From Bdellovibrionota bacterium (GTDB lineage Bacteria; Bdellovibrionota_G; JALEGL01; JAGRMV01), in assembly GCA_041391405.1 (NCBI GenBank), contig JAWKOB010000009.1:4167-68166 (forward strand): 64,000 bases of DNA, given 5' to 3'. Under the pieces are notes generated by a model, which was not told the origin of the DNA, did not search any database, and saw only the letters and a list, made by a program, of their open reading frames with translations. The number at the start of each line of letters is the position of its first letter. Within the stretch, counting starts at the first letter, position 1. Both the position numbers and the translations under genes were made by a program. Below, one piece after another: positions 31,438 through 41,665 of the stretch.

Positions 31438-34400
31438 TGCCGAAACGCAGCGATATCAAATCCATTCTTATCATCGGATCCGGACCGATTGTCATCGGCC
31501 AGGCTTGTGAGTTCGACTACAGTGGAACACAATCGCTTCGAGCCTTGAAAGAAGAAGGGTATCGCACGATTTTGGTGAATTCGAATCCTGCGACGATCAT
31601 GACGGATCCGGAATATTCGGATTCCACTTACATTGAACCCATCACCGTTGAATCTGTCCGCAAAATCATCGAAAAAGAAAAACCGAATGCAATTTTGCCG
31701 ACGATGGGTGGTCAAACGGCGCTCAACCTCGCGATGAATTTGGATAAAGCGGGCATTTTGAAAGAATTTAATATCGAATTGATCGGTGCGCGTGTTGAAC
31801 GATCGCAAGCTGAAGACCGTGACAAATTCAAAGAAGCGATGAAAAAATCGGTGTGCGTTCTCAAAGTCGCTGTGAACAACCTGGACGATGCGAAAAGTCA
31901 TGGCACGCATTGGTCTTCCAGTGATCATCCGTCCATCTTTTACACTTGGTGGATCGGGTGCAAGTTTTGCGTACAACCAACAGGAATTCGAAACCCTAGC
32001 GCTTACCGGACTTGAAGCCAGCCCAGTCAGCGGAAATTCTCATCGAAGAATCAATTTTGAATTGGAAAGAATATGAACTCGAAATGATGCGCGACAAAAA
32101 CGACAACGCGAATGTGGTTTGTTCGATTGAAAATCTCGATCCGTTGGTGTCCACACAGGAGACAGCATCACAGTTGCCCCGCACAGACCTTATCTGATCG
32201 CGAATATCAAAAACTGCGCGACTATTCGATCCAGATCATGCGCGAGATCGGGGTGGACTCCAGAGGTCGAACATTCAATACGCAGTCAATCCAGACGATG
32301 GACGTGTGTATGTGATCGAGATGAATCCGCGTGTTTCCAGAAGTTCGGCGCTTGCCTCCAAGGCAACGGGTTATCCCATTGCCAAACTCGCTGCCAAACT
32401 CGCGGTAGGTTATACGTTGGATGAACTTTCCAATGACAATACGCGCGTCACCAAAGCTTCTTTTGAACCAACCATTGACTATGTGGTGACCAAAATTCCA
32501 AGATTTGATTTTTCCAAATTTAAAAACACCAAACCGACACTGGGGCCTCAGATGAGAGCGGTAGGTGAGGTGATGGCCATCGGACGGACGTTCGTGGAGT
32601 CCTTCCAAAAAGCTTTGTCTTCACTGGAAAACAATATCCATGGGTTCTGGGCGAATTTGCCGACTCAAATGTCGGATGAAGAGCTTTTGGGATTGCTTCG
32701 CACGCCGACCGCGTCGCGAATCATGTATTTGGGAGAAGCACTTCGTCGCAACATCGATATCGATCAAATCAACACTGTCACAGGAATCGATCGATGGTTT
32801 TTGTATGAGTTGAAAAAAATTACTGATGAGGAAAATGCACTCCACGGTTCTTCTCTGAAAAAAATCGATGCAGAAGAACTCAAACGGATCAAAGCCATGG
32901 GGTTTTCGGATCGTCGATTGTCTGAATTGCTTTCGTGCACAGTCAAAGATGTTGAACAGGCACGTCACAAATTGGGTGTGGTACCGACTTACAAAATTGT
33001 CGACACCTGTGCAGCGGAATTCGAATCCTTCACCAACTACATGTATTCGACCTACGAGGATGAATCCGAAGCTCCACCGACCAAGAAGAAAAAAGTCGTC
33101 ATTCTGGGAAGTGGCCCAAATCGTATCGGTCAGGGTGTTGAGTTCGATTATTGCTGTGTCCATGCGAGCATTGCGCTTCGAAAATTGGGTTATGAAAGCA
33201 TCATCATCAATTGCAATCCTGAAACAGTTTCAACTGACTACGATATTTCGGATCGATTGTATTTCGAGCCGCTCACACGTGAGTATGTGCTCAATATTTT
33301 GCATCGTGAAAAACCCGATGGTGTGATTGTTCAGTTCGGCGGACAAACGCCGCTCAAGCTCTCGCAAGACATTCAAGATGCGGGATTCAATATCCTGGGA
33401 ACATCGACCGACTCGATTTGGATGGCGGAAGACCGAAAAAAATTCAGCAAGTTTCTGGATGATTTGAAAATTCAGCAACCGGAAAGCCGCATCATCTATT
33501 CTGCAGAAGAGGCAGACAGGGTGGCCAAAGAGCTTCCATTTCCATTGATGGTTCGTCCATCGTTTGTGCTCGGTGGTCGAGCGATGGAAATTGTTGAACA
33601 TGCTGAAGAACTGAAGAACTATCTTGAGCGCGCAGTGAAAGTCTCAGCCAGTCAGCCCGTGTTGATCGATCGTTATCTTGAAAATTCCATCGAGATCGAT
33701 GTGGATGCGATGTGTGATGGAAAAAATACCTACGTTGCCGGCATCATGCAGCACGTGGAACAAGCAGGTGTTCACTCCGGTGACAGCTCTTGCATTCTTC
33801 CACCGATTTCGATTTCAAAAGAGATTCAGAAAAAAATCGAAGATCAAACCACAGTCATCGCCAAAGCGCTGAATGTGAAAGGGTTTGTAAACATTCAATT
33901 TGCGTTACAAAAAGAAGAGTTGTTTGTGTTGGAAGTCAATCCTCGCGCTTCTCGCACGGTTCCTTTCGTTTCCAAGGCCACGGCCATTCCGCTTGTGTTT
34001 GAGGCTTTGAAAATTTTGCTCGGCGAGCCTCTCGATGTGGCTGCGCTCAATAAACGCAAAAAATCCAAGGCTTACTCGGTGAAATCACCTGTGTTTCCAT
34101 TCTTGAAATTCACCAACGAAGACACGATTTTGGGTCCTGAAATGAAATCCACAGGTGAAGTGATGGGCATCGATGAAAAATGGGAAATGGCATTTGGCAA
34201 AGCCCAAGCTGCTGCAGGAAACCATCTTCCTCTCAAAGGTCGCGTGTTCATCAGTGTCAAAGATGCAGACAAAATCGCATCGCTTGAAGTCGCGCGCCAA
34301 ATGAAAAAAAACGGATTTGATATCGTCTCTACTCATGGAACGGCCGTGTTTTATCAAAGTCACGGCATTGATGTCGAAGCCGTCAATAAAGTTCGAGAAG

Positions 34401-34672
34401 GACGCCCACACATTGTCGATAAAATTCTGAACCATGACATTCATCTGGTGAGTGAATACGACGAGAAACCGTCAGTCCGTGAAAGACTTATTCGATTCGT
34501 CGCACAACATTGGAAAAAGCGATTCCATATTTCACGACGATTGAAGGGGCCAAGGCGCCGCATTTTGTCCATTGCCATGCAACTCGAAGATCTGCCTCAG
34601 CCCGTCCGGCTCAAACAATATCTGACTAAAAGTTGTAGTGCAGGACAGCTATATCGTCTTCATGCACACTGA
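31437..34672 (+). pseudogene. carB: Carbamoyl-phosphate synthase large subunit, multiply frameshifted
   Basis: [32 protein letters not shown] start. Fragments 31437-32015, 31888-32076, 32012-32197, 32112-32315 and 32306-34672 are colinear with CarB (two ATP-grasp halves, MGS-like C-terminus). The 3' end frame is uncertain. Confidence 0.95.
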
Positions 34673-35135
34673 TACTTTGGCTTGAGACCTGTTCGGATGT
34701 CCCATAGGCGTCATGATATTCCTTGATTACCTTGATGGTCGGATAGCGTGTGACATATCCAATGTTGGTGATTTCCAAATCATACATTCCATGGAAAGGA
34801 TCGATGCATTCGATTTCACTGACCATTTGATTGTAAGCGTCTTGATATGTTCCTAAGAAATAACATCCGTCCAATTCAGGACCACCATCTTCGATCAATG
34901 CACCGTAAGGTGTCCAAAGTGTGGCAACCAAGTCTGGATTGTAACCCGATTCGTTCCATTTGATTTTGAACGTCAGGCGTTCGTTGATGAAGTAACCAAC
35001 GGGTTCTGCCAATGATGATTTCCTCTTCAACGACCCAACCATCGGTGTAAAAGGGATCGTAGTAAACACCGCAACCCATTTGCGTCAAAGCAAAGATGGC
35101 CACCGCAGCAAACGATAATTTTTTGAGAAGTGCAT
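34626..35135 (-). pseudogene. Hypothetical lipoprotein, frameshifted
   Basis: AAGGAG then ATG at 35135. With A7 instead of A6 at 35121-35126 it reads MHFSKKLSFAAVAIFALTQMGC (lipobox-like) GVYYDPFYTDGW. The body is in ORFs 34876-35103 and 34626-35069. Confidence 0.5.
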
Positions 35136-35178
35136 CTTTGCTATTTAGCTCCTTATGTGACCAGAATAATCAAGGAGG

Positions 35179-35227
35179 CTGAACAAAAGCTGAATCAAAC
35201 AAACAATTTCGTTCATTTTCAATTCAG
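35179..35227. promoter_or_regulatory. Two divergent direct-repeat boxes (candidate OmpR-family response-regulator sites)
   Basis: Minus strand: ATTCAG-N5-GTTCAG (35195-35179), upstream of the lipoprotein gene. Plus strand: GTTCAT-N5-ATTCAG (35211-35227), upstream of the PepSY-RR-HK operon. Both have 11-bp phasing. Confidence 0.45.
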
Positions 35228-35248
35228 TGTTTCTGCTAATTTATAGGA

Positions 35249-35497
35249 GTGAAAAGGCTCACTTCCATTTTCTTGATTTCATTGGTTTTTTCAGCGGTTC
35301 AAGCCGATATATCCTTCGCAGGACCACGTCGTACCCATGTAATTTCTCCTGAGCAAGCCAGACAAATCGCACAAGAACGTTTCGGGGGGAGAGCGCTTTC
35401 GACGACATTCGTCGATGCGGGAGATAACTCCGCTTACCGTGTCAAAATCATCAAAGCTGGGCGCGTGCGAATCGTGACCATCCCAGCGAAAAAATGA
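35249..35497 (+). CDS. PepSY domain secreted protein
   Basis: Signal peptide MKRLTSIFLISLVFSAVQA. ISPEQARQIAQERFGGRALSTTFVDAGDNSAYRVKIIKAGRVRIV is a PepSY-like pattern. GTG start. First gene of the two-component operon. Confidence 0.6.
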   Translation: MKRLTSIFLISLVFSAVQADISFAGPRRTHVISPEQARQIAQERFGGRALSTTFVDAGDNSAYRVKIIKAGRVRIVTIPAKK

Positions 35498-35498
35498 T

Positions 35499-36179
35499 AT
35501 GAAAATCCTAATTGTTGAAGATGACAGCAAACTTCTAACTCAACTCACGGATCGTCTTCGATCGGAAGCGTATGCGGTGGATCAAGCCAGCAACGGCGAA
35601 GATGGATTGCATTTGCTTCAGGAATCTCCGATCGATTTGGCCATTGTAGATTTGGGGTTGCCGGATTTTAGCGGTATCGAACTTATCAAAAATGCACGCA
35701 AGAAAGGATCCATGGTCCCGGTACTTATCCTTACCGCTCGAAGCAACTGGCAGGAAAAAGTCGAAGGGCTTGAGGCGGGTGCAGACGATTATATGGTCAA
35801 ACCTTTTGAAATCGAGGAATTGCTGGCGCGTATACGCGTATTACTCCGTCGCAAGGGAGGATGGGCGCAGTCGATTTTGACATGCGGTCCGATTACGATG
35901 GAACCCTCCACGCACACCGTGACCAAAAAAGGGAAAAAAATCGAACTCACCAGTTATGAATTCAAAGTTCTGGAATATCTGATGACTCATGCTGGAGAAG
36001 TCATCTCCAAAACAACGCTCAGCGATCACATTTATGAAGAGGATTTGGATCGTGACAGCAATGTGATGGAAGTTTTCATTCGTAGGCTGCGTAAAAAACT
36101 GGATGAGGATGGCAAGCTCAATCCCATCGAAACCATTCGCGGCGAAGGTTATAAATTCACATTGAAGCGAGAAGGATAA
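35499..36179 (+). CDS. OmpR/PhoB-family response regulator
   Basis: Intact ORF. Receiver domain MKILIVEDD...DLAIVDLGLPD...LILTAR...GADDYMVKPF, plus a winged-helix C-terminus (LTSYEFKVLEYLM..IETIRGEGYKF). Confidence 0.9.
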   Translation: MKILIVEDDSKLLTQLTDRLRSEAYAVDQASNGEDGLHLLQESPIDLAIVDLGLPDFSGIELIKNARKKGSMVPVLILTARSNWQEKVEGLEAGADDYMVKPFEIEELLARIRVLLRRKGGWAQSILTCGPITMEPSTHTVTKKGKKIELTSYEFKVLEYLMTHAGEVISKTTLSDHIYEEDLDRDSNVMEVFIRRLRKKLDEDGKLNPIETIRGEGYKFTLKREG

Positions 36180-36180
36180 T

Positions 36181-37476
36181 TTGAATTCTTTGCAATCCAG
36201 ATTTGCGTACGGAACGATACTTTTGCTTCTACTTTTTTCAGTCGCACTCGCCGGTTTTTTGGATCGCATGTTTCATCAATCCCAGCGCCAATCTGAGGAA
36301 AACCGTCTTCGCGGATTGGTTTATTCATTCATATCCTCAATGAACGTCGATAAAAATGGCGAAGTCGAAGTCGTTCTCCCCGAAGTGATTTCAGACGATC
36401 AAGATATCGTCGTTGCGGTCTTGGACGGAAATCAAAAGCAAGTGTGGCGCAAAGGGCAGGTGGATATTCCCCGAACGATTCCAGAAATTGGCCAATGGGA
36501 TTACAGGCATTTGAGAAAACAAAATCATGCTTCACGGCTCGCCTTTGGCATGGAATGGGAAGGTGACAATGAAAAAAAATGGAAATACACGCTTGTCATT
36601 CGAGATTCAGGAAAAATTTATCGTGATGCGATGGACGCATTCAGAAAAAATTTATGGACCTGGTTGTCGATCGGGTGTTTGACGTTGCTCACACTTCAAC
36701 TTCTTCTTTTGAGATTGGGATTCAAGCCACTGAAACAAATCGCCGATGAGGTGTTTGAGATCGAGCAAGGAAAACAACATAAATTTGAACATGAATATCC
36801 GAGCGAGCTTAGTCCCTTGACGACCAATATCAATTCGCTTCTTCGTCATGAGCGTGGCCGGCAAATGCGCTATCAGCAATCGCTGGACAATCTTGCCCAT
36901 GCCCTCAAAACACCACTTACGGCAATGATGAATTTGAGTCAGCAAAAAGAAATCGATGCTTCCTTGTCCAAAGAATTGAGTGAGCAGATTGTTCGCGCCA
37001 AAGATATTGTGGATTATCAGTTGAAAAAAGCAGGGACCGTTGGGAAAAGTCCATTTGCCAAGCCGATTGCCATTCGAGGAATCGTTGAAAAAATTTCCCG
37101 GTCAATTCAAAAAGTGTACGCGCATAAAAATCTGGATATCCAAATGCAAATGGATGATGAAGTCACTGTCACAATGGATGAGGGTGACTTGTTCGAAGTG
37201 ATCGGCAATATCATGGAAAATGCCGCAAAATATGGAACATCCAAAATTCATGTTCGAATGAGTGGCAATGAACTCACGGTCGAGGATGATGGCCCTGGAT
37301 TCAATGAAGAAAAAATTCAATCCATTGTTCAACGGGGAGTTCGGCAAGATCAACGCACCGAAGGTTCAGGCATCGGATTGTCAGTCGCGTATGAGATCAT
37401 TTCTGTTTTTGGTGGCTCAATGGAACTTGCAAAATCGCATTCGCTGGGTGGCGCCCTCGTCCGAATACAATTCTAG
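36181..37476 (+). CDS. Sensor histidine kinase (PhoQ/QseC-like architecture)
   Basis: Intact 431-aa ORF with 2 TM segments flanking a periplasmic domain. H-box LDNLAHALKTPLTAM, N box NIMENAAKYG, G boxes EDDGPGF and GSGIGLS. Confidence 0.85.
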   Translation: MNSLQSRFAYGTILLLLLFSVALAGFLDRMFHQSQRQSEENRLRGLVYSFISSMNVDKNGEVEVVLPEVISDDQDIVVAVLDGNQKQVWRKGQVDIPRTIPEIGQWDYRHLRKQNHASRLAFGMEWEGDNEKKWKYTLVIRDSGKIYRDAMDAFRKNLWTWLSIGCLTLLTLQLLLLRLGFKPLKQIADEVFEIEQGKQHKFEHEYPSELSPLTTNINSLLRHERGRQMRYQQSLDNLAHALKTPLTAMMNLSQQKEIDASLSKELSEQIVRAKDIVDYQLKKAGTVGKSPFAKPIAIRGIVEKISRSIQKVYAHKNLDIQMQMDDEVTVTMDEGDLFEVIGNIMENAAKYGTSKIHVRMSGNELTVEDDGPGFNEEKIQSIVQRGVRQDQRTEGSGIGLSVAYEIISVFGGSMELAKSHSLGGALVRIQF

Positions 37477-37492
37477 ACGCACCGTTCCTTGA

Positions 37493-37520
37493 AAAGGTAT
37501 TACATACCTTTCATGATTTT
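37493..37520 (+). terminator. Weak candidate terminator after the kinase gene
   Basis: AAAGGTAT-TAC-ATACCTTT hairpin (37493-37511) followed by CATGATTTT. AT-rich stem with an interrupted U-run. Confidence 0.3.
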
Positions 37521-37555
37521 AACATGTTGAATTTATTGATGAATTATTTTTGATT

Positions 37556-37588
37556 CGTTCAGGATCCGTTCAGCGGGGTTGTCATATT
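37556..37588 (+). promoter_or_regulatory. Direct-repeat box plus -10-like element upstream of the His-rich protein gene
   Basis: CGTTCAG-GATC-CGTTCAG (37556-37573, 11-bp phasing), then 9 nt, then CATATT. The following leader, 37585-37607, is 22/23 identical to 35168-35146 on the opposite strand. Confidence 0.45.
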
Positions 37589-37612
37589 CTGGTCTCATAA
37601 GGAGCTAGGAAT

Positions 37613-37984
37613 ATGAAAAACATCACAAAAATTTTTATGGGTTTGGTGGTCGCTTTGCCGATGCTTGTTTCGCAGGATGCTTTTGCGGAACATTATCGAG
37701 GCAACAGCCGATCGAATCATTATGTGCGTGGACAAACGCATCAGCATGTTCGTCCGAACAATGCTGTTGGACCACGTACAACTTACACCACACGACATGG
37801 TGTGTATCGACCGCGTGTTGTTCAACGTCACGTGCACTATCGTCCGTACTATCGACCGGTAGTTATGCATTATCATCCAGGGTTTTATGACCCTTGTTAT
37901 GACACTTTCCACACAAACGGAGTTTACTGGAATGTAAACGTGGGATCTGGAGGCTTAGGCATAGGCATCCAGTCCGGTTGGTAG
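37613..37984 (+). CDS. Secreted His/Arg/Tyr/Pro-rich protein (hypothetical)
   Basis: AAGGAG RBS and signal peptide MKNITKIFMGLVVALPMLVSQDAFA. The mature part is rich in H, R, Y and P (HVHYRPYYRPVVMHYHPGFYDP). Intact ORF. Confidence 0.6.
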   Translation: MKNITKIFMGLVVALPMLVSQDAFAEHYRGNSRSNHYVRGQTHQHVRPNNAVGPRTTYTTRHGVYRPRVVQRHVHYRPYYRPVVMHYHPGFYDPCYDTFHTNGVYWNVNVGSGGLGIGIQSGW

Positions 37985-38001
37985 TTTTCTCTCCTGACGT
38001 C

Positions 38002-38039
38002 GGCCGTGGCCAAGCATGCTTTAGGCTTGGACCACGGCC
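38002..38039 (+). terminator. GC-rich hairpin after the His-rich protein gene (possible terminator)
   Basis: GGCCGTGGCCAAGC ... GCTTGGACCACGGCC is an imperfect long stem. No clear U-run follows. Confidence 0.35.
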
Positions 38040-38062
38040 TAAAATTCTAGTACATCATAGCT

Positions 38063-40483
38063 GTGGAATCGTATGTAACATTTCTGGATGCGCTGGAACG
38101 GCCGCTGAAATATCTTCAGCAAAACCAGTACAAAAACTTAAGCCAGGTTAAAAATCTGGAATCCCATGTTTTGCAAAGTTGCCAACGTGCCGTTTCCCAT
38201 GTTCAGAATGCACGGCTGAAAGAAAAACTCGAATCCATTCAGAATTTGTTCGAAGCCTTCGATTTGAAATCAGATCCAGAAAAAATAAAAACCATTGAAG
38301 ACTCCTTGGGAGTTCTTGCGGAAGAAAAATCCGCGATGTCGGATCGATTTCAATACAAAGAGCATGAACACTCTTTGCTGACGCTTGCGCAGGCGCAGGA
38401 GAAATTCAAGAAACTAGAAACCAATGTTCAATTCGTCAAGGGTGTCGGGCCTTCGTTAGGTGAAAAACTCCGTGAAAATGGAATACCCACCGTGTTTGAT
38501 TTGCTCAATCTAATTCCAAACCGGTATGACGACCGTCGAAACATCCTAAAAATCCAGGATCTCAAAGAAGGTGATACGGCCACGGTGGTGGGAAAAGTCC
38601 TGCATCATGGAACTGTGTATTACAGAGGCTCCAGAAAAAAATCATACGAAATTGTCGTTGAGGACGATACGGGTGAAATCAAACTCAAATGGTTCAATTT
38701 TTTTCAAAATGCATTTCAAAAAAAAGTTCAGGTTGGCAAAGAGTTGATCATATCTGGAAAAGTAACGCGGTATCAAAATCAGTTTGCCATTTATCATCCT
38801 GACTTCGAAGTTTACTCCGGCGAAAAGGATGCATTGAGCTTCGGTAAAATCATTCCTGTTTACAGAGAAGTGGGCGGAATTTACCAGAAAACCATTCGAA
38901 AAATCATGAAGTCTGCGCTGGAACAATTCGGAGTGCATCGCGTGTGCATGCTTCCGCATTCCATCTGCAAAAAACACAACCTTCTTCCACCTTGGAAAAC
39001 CTTGTCTGAGCTGCATATGCCGAGCGAGTGGATCGATCAGCGGCAACGTGAACATCTGCAGAGAATGATGGCGTTTGAAGAATTGTTTTTTACTCATTTG
39101 CACTTCAGCATCGCAAACGCAACCGAAAGGAAAATGGAATTTTTCGAATCCGAGCCCCACGATATGAAAAACTGCTGAAGAATTTAAGTTTTGAACTCAC
39201 GGGTGCCCAAAAACAGACGCTTGAAGATTTGAAAAAGGATATGGCTTCGACATTTCCAATGCACCGATTGGTGCAAGGAGATGTGGGAAGCGGAAAGACA
39301 CATCGTTGCCATTTTGGCGGCAATGATCGCCATGGATCATGGATGCCAGGCGGCACTCATAGCTCCATCTGAAATCCTTTGTGAGCAGCACCTTCAAAAT
39401 GTCAAAAAGTGGGAAGAACTGCTTGGGTTCAAAGCTGTCTGTTTGCTTGGAAAGCATCCCAAAAAACAAAAACTGGAAACGATCGAAAAAATTTCCAGCG
39501 GTGAAGTTCAATTCATCATCGGCACCCATGCACTTCTGGAAGAAACTGTTACATTTTCAAATCTGGGTCTGGTCGTGATTGATGAGCAGCATCGCTTTGG
39601 AGTCCGTCAGAAAGAAAAGATTCGTGGCAAAGCCAAAAAACCTGATGTGATGATTATGTCGGCGACACCGATTCCACGTTCGTTGGGATTGACGCTCTTT
39701 GGTGATTTGGACATTTCAATCATGAATGAAATGCCCAAAGGGAGAAAGCCCATCACCACGTATCTGATGCGAGAAAAGCAACGCAGTGAAGTTTATCAAC
39801 GCGTATCCAAAACTGTGGAAGCCGGGCAACAGGTTTTTATCGTGTATCCGTTGGTGGAAACATCCGAACATATCGAAGCCAAAGATGCCGTGAGTATGAC
39901 TCAGGAGCTTCAAAAAACATTTCCGAAATTCAAGATCGGCTTGATTCATGGTCAGATGAAGGGCGTCGAAAAAGAAGCGCTGATGGTGGACTTCAAGAAG
40001 GGCGATATTCAGATTTTGGTATCCACGACTGTCATCGAAGTCGGAATCGACATTCCAAACGCCACACTCATGATCATCGAGCATCCGGAGCGATTCGGTT
40101 TGGCACAACTACACCAACTTCGTGGCCGTGTGGGTCGAGGATCTTTGCAGTCCACCTGCATATTGATCGCTCCAAGCAGCGTTTCTCAAACGGCCTATGA
40201 GCGTCTGAAAAGTTTTTCCAATATCTATGACGGATTCCAGCTAGCAGAAGAAGATCTGCGCATTCGCGGACCTGGCGATTTTTTTGGCGTGGCCCAATCC
40301 GGCTTGCCGACATTTTCAACCACCCAGCTTCCACGGGATCTGGATATCATGGAGCAGATGCGAATCGAGGCTCTTCGTGTCCTTGAAGAGGATCCACATT
40401 TGAAAAATCCGGAGCATCAAAACATTGCGTGGGTTATTCAGCACATTTGGCGAGAAAAACTGCATCTCCCGAATATAGCTTAG
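38063..40483 (+). pseudogene. recG: ATP-dependent DNA helicase RecG, frameshifted
   Basis: ORF 38063-39178 is the wedge/OB region (VQFVKGVGPSLGEKL). A short third frame around 39180-39290 gives [28 protein letters not shown] 39281-40483 gives DEQHRFGV, SATPIPRS and QLHQLRGRVGRG. Confidence 0.9.
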
Positions 40484-40534
40484 GAACTGAAACTTTTTGA
40501 GTTACTCAGCGTTCTCGCTCGATTTGAGGTGAGG

Positions 40535-41362
40535 TTAAAAAATGTAATTGATGCCCGTGCCGAAGCGATAATCGAAGCGTTTGAGTGTAGTTACGGGAAT
40601 CTGCGTGAACATCGTTAAGGTCAAATTGTCCAGCATGATCAAAGTTAATGCCGGATTGACTGTCATGTAAAAATCCCACATTTTGGCATTTTGATTGGTC
40701 AGAACCGTCTGACCGGCGACGGACGTATTGATGAAGAGGCTTTCCATGATTTCAGTCGTTGCACCCAATTGAAATGTAGCTTCCCGTTCTGAATGCACAT
40801 CGACGACAGATCCATAAATATGTTCCTCGATACTATGCTCGTCTCCAGGAGTGTGATTTTCCAAAACATCCTCATGGCGTGATGTGGCGAAAGCATATCC
40901 CAATTGTCCATAGGTGATGAGGGTTCCGATCTTTTGTTGAAAACCCACATAGGGACGGAAATCCAAATGACCATTGCCCACGAAGTGATTTTCATTTCCG
41001 GATGGAAACTCCGTGTTTAGACCCAGACTCAAGAAATTAATACCATCCCATCGAAGCAGGGAAGTTTGCGTTGTCCAGTGGATATCGGACAAACGAAATT
41101 CTCTTTGTCCGCTGGTTTCAAGTGACACAAAAGGGACTCTAAGAGATGTGAAAAATATGTTCTTGTAGGCATATCCCAATTCGACATCGGTGATGAAATA
41201 GTCAAAATCCTGGGAAAGAATTTGGTGTTGTCCAAAGGTTCCTCGAACAGCTGTGGTGATGCCGTGTTGACTTTGAAAAAAGGGATTTTCGCAATGATCT
41301 CCATCATGGGCTTGAATCGTGAGTGAAAATAGAATGACAAAAGCAGAGAGGAATTTTTTCAT
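40535..41362 (-). CDS. Outer-membrane beta-barrel protein, His/Glu-rich loops (possibly MetA/phenol-degradation-type OMP family)
   Basis: Intact ORF. Signal peptide MKKFLSAFVILFSLTIQA, alternating beta-strand pattern, C-terminal ...GTGINYIF. His-rich segments HDGDHCENP and HEDVLENHTPGDEHSIEEH. No obvious SD. Confidence 0.55.
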   Translation of the reverse strand: MKKFLSAFVILFSLTIQAHDGDHCENPFFQSQHGITTAVRGTFGQHQILSQDFDYFITDVELGYAYKNIFFTSLRVPFVSLETSGQREFRLSDIHWTTQTSLLRWDGINFLSLGLNTEFPSGNENHFVGNGHLDFRPYVGFQQKIGTLITYGQLGYAFATSRHEDVLENHTPGDEHSIEEHIYGSVVDVHSEREATFQLGATTEIMESLFINTSVAGQTVLTNQNAKMWDFYMTVNPALTLIMLDNLTLTMFTQIPVTTLKRFDYRFGTGINYIF

Positions 41363-41382
41363 CGGGGAACTGAGTATCAGAG

Positions 41383-41436
41383 AAACGAAAAAGCGACCAA
41401 GGTATTTTCGAAGGAGGTGAAAATAACTTGGTCGCT
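41383..41436 (-). terminator. Rho-independent terminator-like hairpin just upstream of the OMP gene
   Basis: On the minus strand, AGCGACCAAG - 25-nt loop - CTTGGTCGCT is followed by TTTTCGTTTC. It ends 20 nt before the OMP start codon and about 230 nt after the fadD-like stop. Confidence 0.5.
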
Positions 41437-41665
41437 AAAACCGAAAGCAGAGTCGAAGAAGAAGTAAATACCACTCTAGGGGGAAATGAGGTTTGGTACT
41501 TACCTCTGATAGGGTTAAACCCCTTCGATTCTTCTTTCTAGCATTTCACTTATATAAAGAATTAATACGAATGCAAAGGATTTTTATTCAGAGATTTCAG
41601 AAAATGTTGAAAACTCAAAGTTGCCGATCAGGGAATCGTTGTAAATATTTGAAATTATTGAATTA

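Noticed and set aside
41560-41665. AT-rich GATAATAATTCAATAATTTC (minus strand, just after the fadD-like stop) as a Fur/Zur box for the His-rich OMP.
   Set aside because: Only the first hexamer matches the Fur consensus GATAATGATAATCATTATC. There is no dyad symmetry, so the match is too weak to call.
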